Source: a virus. From it: a stretch of 64,000 bases of DNA. Within the stretch, counting starts at the first letter, position 1. The number at the start of each line of letters is the position of its first letter. The notes beneath the pieces are model-generated. The model had not been told where the DNA came from. It saw only the letters and a list, made by a program, of their open reading frames with translations, and did no database searches. The stretch spans positions 26,792-90,791 of the IMG/VR virus record IMGVR_UViG_3300041405_000166; one strand, 5' to 3'. A program made the position numbers and the translations under genes. This document shows, one piece after another, positions 57,016 through 64,000 of this stretch.

Positions 57016-58800
57016 ATGTCCTCCAAACGCCGCGACACCGCATCTCAGATTGCTTTCGATCTTGGCGCCCCGCCAGATGAGCGGCGCGACGCGAACACGC
57101 AGATGCACAAGGCCCATGCGCCGACTTTGCGGTCTGAGTTGATCCCGGCCGAGGATTTGCAGCCGGTTTTCGATCACATCCTGCGGGACATCGAAGACCA
57201 GCAGATGCAGAAGGCCACGCGCACGCTGATCCCGTTCCCGGGCAAACATCGCCCAGGCCGCGGCATGACGTCGGTGGACATCGACGACTTCCAGGTGCAG
57301 ATCAATGGCGACTGGATGGACAAGCCTGGCGCGATCGACCACCAGATGCTGCGGGCCATGGTTGACCAGACGCCGATCCTGAACGCGGTGATCATGACCC
57401 GGTGCCGCCAGGTGCAGCGCTTCTGCCAGGTTCCGGAGGATGGCCGGGGCCCGGGCTTCGTCGTCCGCCACAAGGACAAGAACCACAAACCGAACAAGCA
57501 GGAACAGGACAGCATCAACCTGTTGCAGGACTTCTTCATCAACTGCGGCTGGGAGTTCGACCCGCGCAAGCGCAAGCAGTTGAAGCGCGACACCTTCCCC
57601 CAGTTCATGCACAAACTCGTGCGCGACAGCCTGACCCTGGACGCCGCTTCGATCGAGACGGAGATGAAGAAGGATCGCAAGCTGGGCATCGACGGCATGT
57701 ACGCGATCGACGGCGGCACGGTCAAGCTGTGCACTGAGAATGGGTATGAAGGCGACGACGAGATCTACGCGGTGCAGCTGGTCAACGGCGCAGTCCGGAC
57801 CCTGTACAGCTACGACGACCTGATCTACGAACCGCGCAACCCACGCTCCGACATCATGGCGGCCGGCTATGGCCTGGCGGAAACCGAGCTGCTGATCAAG
57901 GTGGTGACCGGCTACCTCAACGCCATGACCCACAACACCAAGTACTTCGACAGCAACGCGATCCCGCGGGGCTTGCTGCACCTGTCCGGTAACTACACGG
58001 CGCAGGACCTGGATTCGTTCAAGCGTATGTGGAACGCCATGGTCAAGGGTGTGAACAACACCTGGGCACTGCCGGTGATGGTCTCCAGGGATCAGGAATC
58101 GCAGGCGTCGTTCGAGAAGTTCAACGTCGACGTCGACGAGATGATGTTCTCCAAGTGGATGACATTCCTCACGTCGATCATCTGCGCGCTGTACGGCATG
58201 TCGCCGGATGAAATCAACTTCGAGTCATTCAGCGCCGGGACATCCAGCCTGTCTGGCAACGACACTGAGGAGAAAATTGAGCACTCCAAGGACAAAGGCC
58301 TACGTCCGCTGCTCAGCCACTTTCAGCAGCTGCTCAGCGATTACGTGGTGCGCGACTTCAGCGACAAGTACGTGTTTCGCTTCACCGGCCTTGACGAAGA
58401 GAGCGACGAACGCCGTTGGGAATCGATCAAGCTGTCGAGCACCTGGAACGAACTGCGCGCATCCAATGGACAGGATCCAGACAAAACCCCACTCGGCGAC
58501 GCGCCGGTCAACCCATCCCTGATCGGCCCATGGCTGCAACTGAACCAGCCAGCACCTGAGGCCCAACCAGGCGCCGAAGGTGGTGATGAGGAGGACTTCG
58601 GCCAGGTTCCCGCCGACGAACAAGAGCAGGCCGATAAGCAGGCTGAAAATCAGCCCCCCGCTGAAGACCAGGCAGAACAAGGCCCTGAAAAAGCCCAACC
58701 AGGTGCGAAACCCGATTTCGGCAATCCCCAGGCCGGCGACTTCGGCAAGGCCTTCGACCCGAACCAAACCGGCGCGATCGTCTTCGAGGTGGAAGCGTGA
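57016..58800 (+). CDS. portal protein
   Basis: LVRDSLTLD, PRNPRSD...GYGL.E.E, F.SNAIPRGLL, ICALYG.SPDEINF, SKDKGLRPLL, NELR. Confidence 0.9.
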   Translation: MSSKRRDTASQIAFDLGAPPDERRDANTQMHKAHAPTLRSELIPAEDLQPVFDHILRDIEDQQMQKATRTLIPFPGKHRPGRGMTSVDIDDFQVQINGDWMDKPGAIDHQMLRAMVDQTPILNAVIMTRCRQVQRFCQVPEDGRGPGFVVRHKDKNHKPNKQEQDSINLLQDFFINCGWEFDPRKRKQLKRDTFPQFMHKLVRDSLTLDAASIETEMKKDRKLGIDGMYAIDGGTVKLCTENGYEGDDEIYAVQLVNGAVRTLYSYDDLIYEPRNPRSDIMAAGYGLAETELLIKVVTGYLNAMTHNTKYFDSNAIPRGLLHLSGNYTAQDLDSFKRMWNAMVKGVNNTWALPVMVSRDQESQASFEKFNVDVDEMMFSKWMTFLTSIICALYGMSPDEINFESFSAGTSSLSGNDTEEKIEHSKDKGLRPLLSHFQQLLSDYVVRDFSDKYVFRFTGLDEESDERRWESIKLSSTWNELRASNGQDPDKTPLGDAPVNPSLIGPWLQLNQPAPEAQPGAEGGDEEDFGQVPADEQEQADKQAENQPPAEDQAEQGPEKAQPGAKPDFGNPQAGDFGKAFDPNQTGAIVFEVEA

Positions 58801-60494
58801 ACCAGAAACCACAAGCCAAAGCCAAACCGATTGAACCTACCGATGGCCCACGGGCGCATCCGGGTGACTCCGTTTACTTCAGCCATGCCGAGCACGGCGC
58901 CATGTCGGGCAAGGTGCTGGCCGCCGGTGCCCACGGCTGCACGGTGAAGTGCGACAAAGGTCAGCACCACAAAGTGCGCTGGGCAGAACTGCACGGCCAC
59001 AAACAACGTGTCGAGCGCAAGGCGTCGATCATCGACCAGGGCGAAGACGGTTCGATCTGCGAAACCGAGGACGGCAAGCGCTTCTACCTGCAGGGCAACG
59101 TCGAGCAGGACGACGACGCCACCACCAAGATGACCAAGGCGCTCGGGGCGATCGTGGCTGATCTGCGCGGCCTGGCCCCGGTCGAAGAGCTGCTGGCGAA
59201 AACCATCATCCTGGTCGGTGCCAGCTCGCGTGAGGAACTGTTGGCCAAGGCCATCAAGGGGCAACCCGGCGTCGCCTTGCAAACCACCACCGACAAAACC
59301 GGCCACGCCATCAAGCGCTGGAAGAAAACCGGTATTGAGCAGAAGGCGCCGGACAAGACAACTGATCCGGATCCGCACGACCAGCGCGGCAGCGCGAAGG
59401 GTTACGGTACTCACGACATCCAGCCAGGCCACAAGGTCAAGTTCAAGGCCGGTGAACACGCCGGTGAAGGCGAAGTGGCCGCCGTCGGCAAAGACGGCAT
59501 GACCGTGACGGATGCCAGCGGTCGCGAGCACCAGGTGCACCACCACGAAGTCACGCACTCCATGCCTGGTGATGACGCGCCGAAAACTGACGTGAAAAAC
59601 GAAGTGAAGGGCGATCAGGCCAAAGTCGAGCCGGACAAATTCAGCGCCGACGACTATGCCGCCGAGCATGATGATCCGGACGTGAGCGCCGATTCGATCC
59701 TCGAGCACTTCCCGGCCGACACCAAGGACCGCATCGCCGCGGCACAGGACCGGCTGAAATCGATCGAGCAGACCATCGACACGCAGAAGAAGGACGGCAA
59801 GTGGTCCGCCCAGCGCACGGTGCTGCACCACAAGATCATCGGCGAGATGTTGTCGCCTGAAGCGGTCAAGCGCGCCACGCCGGCCGAAGGGCAGAAACCC
59901 AAGTTCATCATCCTCGGCGGTCGCGGCGGCTCCGGTAAGTCGTCGTTCGACGGCACGGTCTACGACTCGAAACAGGCGATCGTCCTGGATGCCGACCATA
60001 TCAAAGGCATGATCCCTGAATACGAAGGCTGGAACGCGGCTCAGGTGCACGAAGAGTCTGGAGAGATCTTCGACAAGGTCACCGAGCTGGCGCGCGCTTT
60101 GGGCTTGAACGTAGTGCTGGATAAGACGATGAAAACCGCCAAATCGGCGATTGGAGACGTCAACGCCTTCAAGGAAGCCGGTTACCAGACCGAGGCCCAC
60201 TACATGCACCTACCGCGTCAGGAGGCCGCCAAGCGGGCCGTTGGCAGGTTCCTCAACGGTGGTGAGAAAGGCCGCTACGTGCCGGTCGATGTCGTGCTCT
60301 CCAATACCACCAACGAGAAAGCGTTTGACCAGGTCAAGCACCTGGTGGACGATTGGTCTTTCCGTGACAACAACGTGCCGAAGGGATCCCCGCCCATCCT
60401 GATTTCGCAGAAGGGCAAAGGTGGTGATGAGCCAGCGGCGCCGATGCAGAAATCAGATGGCCAGGCCCGTCAGCTGATTTGGAGCAAACCATGA
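58797..60494 (+). CDS. multidomain protein with C-terminal zeta-toxin-like P-loop kinase
   Basis: ILGGRGGSGKS, LDAD.IK, VHEES, NVVLD.T, RA..R....GRYVP; N-terminal SH3/KOW-like repeats. Confidence 0.8.
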   Translation: MNQKPQAKAKPIEPTDGPRAHPGDSVYFSHAEHGAMSGKVLAAGAHGCTVKCDKGQHHKVRWAELHGHKQRVERKASIIDQGEDGSICETEDGKRFYLQGNVEQDDDATTKMTKALGAIVADLRGLAPVEELLAKTIILVGASSREELLAKAIKGQPGVALQTTTDKTGHAIKRWKKTGIEQKAPDKTTDPDPHDQRGSAKGYGTHDIQPGHKVKFKAGEHAGEGEVAAVGKDGMTVTDASGREHQVHHHEVTHSMPGDDAPKTDVKNEVKGDQAKVEPDKFSADDYAAEHDDPDVSADSILEHFPADTKDRIAAAQDRLKSIEQTIDTQKKDGKWSAQRTVLHHKIIGEMLSPEAVKRATPAEGQKPKFIILGGRGGSGKSSFDGTVYDSKQAIVLDADHIKGMIPEYEGWNAAQVHEESGEIFDKVTELARALGLNVVLDKTMKTAKSAIGDVNAFKEAGYQTEAHYMHLPRQEAAKRAVGRFLNGGEKGRYVPVDVVLSNTTNEKAFDQVKHLVDDWSFRDNNVPKGSPPILISQKGKGGDEPAAPMQKSDGQARQLIWSKP

Positions 60495-60673
60495 GTATTC
60501 CCAGCGTGAAGGAACGGCCGGACCTGTACGACGAAGGTTATGACGGTCGGCCTGAAGGTAGCGAAACCTCGATCGAGACGCCGCCGGACATTCAGAAGCT
60601 GATCGACGAGCGCACCGGTGGTGGTAAGCCGGAGCCAGGGACTGAAATCCAAGACGAAGAAAACCCCGCCTAG
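60491..60673 (+). CDS. 60-aa acidic protein coupled to the zeta-like gene
   Basis: ATGA overlap, GGAG RBS. Confidence 0.65.
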   Translation: MSIPSVKERPDLYDEGYDGRPEGSETSIETPPDIQKLIDERTGGGKPEPGTEIQDEENPA

Positions 60674-60684
60674 TGCGGGGTTTT
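60660..60684. terminator. bidirectional terminator
   Basis: AAAACCCCGC-CTAGT-GCGGGGTTTT. Confidence 0.75.
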
Positions 60685-60697
60685 CATTTACAGCTGA

Positions 60698-61165
60698 TCA
60701 GGCCCGAAGGCTGATGCGCTCGAAGCGCTCGACGGTCAAGGTGATGGCGGCAACGGCCTTGCGGATCTTGCGCAGCTCGGCCAGGACGTCAACGACCGGC
60801 GTGGTTTGGCGCTCCTCGGGCGGTGCTGGCGGCGGCGTGGCAACCGCGTGGAACGGCACAATCTTCTTCACGGTCGGACGCACCGGCTCCGGCTCAGCCT
60901 GGTCCAACTCCACCGGATCGAACTGTTTCGCCCGCACCGAACCTTCCCGCGGCAGACCAAGCGACGGTGCCGAGATGACGTGTTTGTTCTTCGGGGTGGC
61001 GCCGCGGGTCTTCTTCTCGGGCTCGAGCTCGAGGATACGTTCCTGGCTCAAGTCGATATCGCGGTGCTCGCCGACGGCATTGCCAGCGTAATCCAGGACA
61101 GTGACTGCGTTCCCCTTGGCGAGGAATGCAGCCATCTGTGCGGTGAGGTCTATGGTTTCAGACAT
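60698..61165 (-). CDS. hypothetical protein
   Basis: L.AQMAAFLAKG..V..L N-terminus, GGAG RBS. Confidence 0.6.
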   Translation of the reverse strand: MSETIDLTAQMAAFLAKGNAVTVLDYAGNAVGEHRDIDLSQERILELEPEKKTRGATPKNKHVISAPSLGLPREGSVRAKQFDPVELDQAEPEPVRPTVKKIVPFHAVATPPPAPPEERQTTPVVDVLAELRKIRKAVAAITLTVERFERISLRA

Positions 61166-61201
61166 GATGGTCAGCTCCGTGTTGGTCTGACCATCTTGGC
61201 G

Positions 61202-61801
61202 TCACGTCTTTTCGGGAGGGATAGATAATCCGAGGGATGCAGCACGGCGTCTGGCCTTACTGCCGTATCCAGGACTGAAGAAATCATCATCCTCCGTAGC
61301 CGTTAATCCAGAGTAGTGCGTCAGCGGTGGCGCACTCAGGTCCGGCATGCAGTCCTCAAGATCTTCCAGGCCATGGCGCTCCAAATCGGTCATGCGCCGC
61401 TGGGGAAAGTCATCCCGGCGCCGGCGCCAGGTCTGCCAGAAGGCACCGCCCATGCCTGAGCCGGTGAGCTCACTGTAAAAATTGCCATCCTCGGCGTTGT
61501 AGTAGACGTCTTCCGGCACCGGGTGATCGGCCTTCGGCATGTCCAGGTAGTAGATCGGGCAATCGAAGCGGCCAGAGTTTTTGCGCTTCACCTTGGCGAA
61601 CATGTGCGTGCCCTGGCGCATGTTGCGCAGGTCGGCGGAGATGATGAAGCCGAACAGCTTCGGCACCTGGTCGCCATGCTCCTGGAAACGGTGCAGACGG
61701 TCGATTACCGATTGCAGCTCGGCCCGATCGACCAGCACTGTTTTCTGGTTTTCCTGGTAGGCCTTGGACAGTTCGGCGCGCAGGTAAGTAAGGTCGATCA
61801 T
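61202..61801 (-). CDS. hypothetical protein, paralogue of 51631-51906
   Basis: DLTYLRAEL...ELQSVIDRL...FGF. Confidence 0.6.
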   Translation of the reverse strand: MIDLTYLRAELSKAYQENQKTVLVDRAELQSVIDRLHRFQEHGDQVPKLFGFIISADLRNMRQGTHMFAKVKRKNSGRFDCPIYYLDMPKADHPVPEDVYYNAEDGNFYSELTGSGMGGAFWQTWRRRRDDFPQRRMTDLERHGLEDLEDCMPDLSAPPLTHYSGLTATEDDDFFSPGYGSKARRRAASLGLSIPPEKT

Positions 61802-62832
61802 TCTTCTTGTTTCCGGGTGGTGGCCATGACGATCGCTTGCACGACGGAAATGGCATTGTCTTCTGTTGGGTCGGCGCTGAAGTCCTGAAGCATGTCATGG
61901 ACGTGCGGCAGGTCTGAAATCTCCTGAGCGCCTTCCCAGTCCGGCTCGGCATGGCGGGCCGACTCTTCGATCAGCAAGCGCTCGAGTTCCTGGTCGATGC
62001 AGGTCAGGCAGACATAACCGCCCATTGGGTCAACGCGCAATGGCGTATGCTTGTGCTTGCCGCATCCGGCACAGTTGGTGGACTGGCTGGAAAAGTAAGT
62101 GAGTTGTTGCGGGGAACGTTCGAGGAAGCGGACCGCCTCGCCTACGTCTGAGTTCAAATGCTCGTGATACCAACGATCCAATGGCGTTTGGTCGATCTTC
62201 TTGAGCAGCATCAGAAGCCGTTTGCGCTCGGCCTGCAAGCCAGCCACGTAGGCGTCCAGTTCTACGCGTAGCGGAACAGGCTCGACTGGAACGGCCTGGC
62301 TCGCCGCACACGGACCGTCGTGGCCTTTTGCGCGTGAACAGGTCCAACCTGGCGGTGGAACGTCGCATTCGCCCGTGTTGGCCTCGCTCAATCCTCGCAG
62401 ATACCCGCGCTGTTCCGTCGCATCTAGGTCGACCGGCTGCAGGTAGATTTCAGCGCTACCGTCCTCGGCACACATGTCGTTGGCCTCAGGGCAGGCGAAC
62501 AGGACCAGGCCGGCCACTTCCAGCGCAGCAATGCCGCCCTCGAGCGTCCATTCGATGTAGATCCCGTCTTCGCCTTCGCGGGTAACTCCAACCGCTTCGA
62601 TGGTGATCGGCTCCTCGACTTCCGGCTCCGCACAGGCATCCTCGCGCCATTTGAGGATTTCAGCGTGGCTGAAATACATGCCTTCAATGAGGACAAAGTC
62701 TTTGCCATGTTTCGCATAACCCGCATCAAGCACAGCCTCGGCCAACGAATACAGCGAGCTGCACGGCACGGCCTGCATGATGTCATGCAGTGGTTTTACT
62801 GCTGCATGACGTCTTTCTGTTTTGTCGCTCAT
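61798..62832 (-). CDS. mosaic hypothetical protein with Cys motifs
   Basis: PPPGW.CSR..GH.GPCAA; CAGC..KHTPLR...GGYVCLTC. Confidence 0.6.
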   Translation of the reverse strand: MSDKTERRHAAVKPLHDIMQAVPCSSLYSLAEAVLDAGYAKHGKDFVLIEGMYFSHAEILKWREDACAEPEVEEPITIEAVGVTREGEDGIYIEWTLEGGIAALEVAGLVLFACPEANDMCAEDGSAEIYLQPVDLDATEQRGYLRGLSEANTGECDVPPPGWTCSRAKGHDGPCAASQAVPVEPVPLRVELDAYVAGLQAERKRLLMLLKKIDQTPLDRWYHEHLNSDVGEAVRFLERSPQQLTYFSSQSTNCAGCGKHKHTPLRVDPMGGYVCLTCIDQELERLLIEESARHAEPDWEGAQEISDLPHVHDMLQDFSADPTEDNAISVVQAIVMATTRKQEE

Positions 62833-63623
62833 TGATTCAGCTCCTTGACCTTGTCGAGGCAGGCGTTCCACTGCTTATTGCTGTGTGATTCAAGGCCTGC
62901 TGGAATTGACACGCGATACGGTGGCAGAACCACCGATACCGGCGCGGGCTGCGAGGTGTAGAGCGCGTGCACTTCGGCCTCCATAGGGTGACCACTGAGA
63001 GCTGTACGCAAGTGAACCTCGGCGTTGTGCTTAGTTGGAAACAACCAGCTCCCGTAGCGCCCTTCTCGGAAGGTCCCGAATCCTACCGGCTCACCCTGCT
63101 CACCCTGCCCACCCTTCAGCCGCGAAACCGTATCGTTCAACTCGTTGTTCTTGTTGCGCATCGTTTCTACGTCAGCCGTCAGCCGTGCAATGGTGGCTTG
63201 CAGTTCCTCACTCTCGTCGTAGAGCTTTGTCAGGGCGTCTTCAACATCAGACACCGACTTGGCGTAAACCTCGTGGCCGTCACCGTCACCCGGCACAACG
63301 TCCAGCATGATGTTCGTGACGCTGAGGGCTTGCAGTTCGGCGAGTTCGGGCGGGGCGGTGTAGAGGGGTTCCTCCGGCACATCGTCCAGCAAGTCTTTCA
63401 AATAGCTGGCTACTCGCGAGCACTCTTCCCTGCTGCTGAAATCGACATAGCCGAAGCCATACCACATATGCCCGCGAGCATGCTCTGGTAGTTGATACGC
63501 CACCGGCTGGCGCTCGACGACAGGGGCGGCGATCCCGTTACATGCGGTGCAAGTATGACCAGTGCCGTCGTATTCGATGCCTGTGCCATTGCAGGTCTTG
63601 CACGCTTCAATTTTACTGCTCAT
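62829..63623 (-). CDS. mosaic phage protein (DUF551/Eaa-like modules)
   Basis: CKTCNGTG, PVVERQPVA, PLYTAPP, WNACLD. Confidence 0.6.
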   Translation of the reverse strand: MSSKIEACKTCNGTGIEYDGTGHTCTACNGIAAPVVERQPVAYQLPEHARGHMWYGFGYVDFSSREECSRVASYLKDLLDDVPEEPLYTAPPELAELQALSVTNIMLDVVPGDGDGHEVYAKSVSDVEDALTKLYDESEELQATIARLTADVETMRNKNNELNDTVSRLKGGQGEQGEPVGFGTFREGRYGSWLFPTKHNAEVHLRTALSGHPMEAEVHALYTSQPAPVSVVLPPYRVSIPAGLESHSNKQWNACLDKVKELNQ

Positions 63624-63870
63624 TCGCTTGCTCCTTAAATCGTGCAACTCTCTTGGAAAGCAGCAGGTCGTTTTCATCGCAAACTTTAACGTCACCCCAC
63701 CGCAGGCCGTCCATGATCGCCAATGCTTCTGCCGATGCTAGACCGCCGCGCTCAGCAAGGCGTTTCAGGCTTTGTCCGTGGTTCCTCATGGCCTGCGCGT
63801 CATTGAGCATTGCCATCGGCATGCTGCTCAGATACTTACTTTTCATGATCGGCATTGACTCGCGGCTCAT
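63613..63870 (-). CDS. hypothetical protein flanked by 17-bp direct repeats
   Basis: QA..NHGQSL.RLAERGGL...EA.AI. Confidence 0.65.
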   Translation of the reverse strand: MSRESMPIMKSKYLSSMPMAMLNDAQAMRNHGQSLKRLAERGGLASAEALAIMDGLRWGDVKVCDENDLLLSKRVARFKEQANEQ

Positions 63871-64000
63871 TCGCTTGCTCCCGATTCGGTGGGTTTGTTC
63901 TTCTCGATAGACTCTGCTAGCCAGCGCTGTAGCGATTCCTCGTAAATGGTTTCGCCCTCGCAGTGATCCAGCAGGTAGCCAACGAATTGATCGAACACCT

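Noticed and set aside
58650-60209. 519-aa - strand ORF
   Set aside because: Shadow of the zeta-like gene
60362-60376. CCGTGAC-AACAACGT near-match upstream of the small acidic ORF
   Set aside because: One mismatch and intragenic; could be a separate promoter but cannot be distinguished from chance
1-64000. tRNA, integrase, reverse transcriptase/DGR, invertible fibre cassette
   Set aside because: None recognised by eye; lifestyle cannot be determined from this window

Overview
This window is 64 kb of a high-GC tailed phage (or prophage) genome with a contractile tail. The host is most likely Pseudomonas, because it carries close homologues of Pseudomonas PhaZ and an AmrZ-like Arc domain. No host chromosomal genes, integrase, tRNA or CRISPR array were seen. 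Layout: neck, sheath, tube, chaperones, tape measure and baseplate (1-10.1 kb); an oppositely oriented accessory cassette with a PHA depolymerase inserted in the baseplate operon (10.1-12.6 kb); baseplate, fibre and lysis genes (12.6-21.2 kb); a leftward recombination operon and a rightward replication operon from twin divergent promoters (21.3-31 kb); accessory genes and an AT-rich origin-like region (31-42 kb); and terminase and portal genes dispersed among accessory blocks, followed by a zeta-toxin-like kinase (43-60.7 kb). Main observations: (1) a recurring promoter-like motif TCGTGAC-N3-A-N3-T in front of virion genes, giving predicted leaderless mRNAs, RBS-occluding hairpins and a candidate small RNA; (2) a phage-borne phaZ; (3) a portal-adjacent zeta-like kinase plus a small acidic ORF; (4) RsmA/CsrA-type hairpins upstream of the terminase; (5) a UUU-CGU +1 frameshift candidate in the tail chaperone. 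All family assignments come from visual motif recognition, not database searches.
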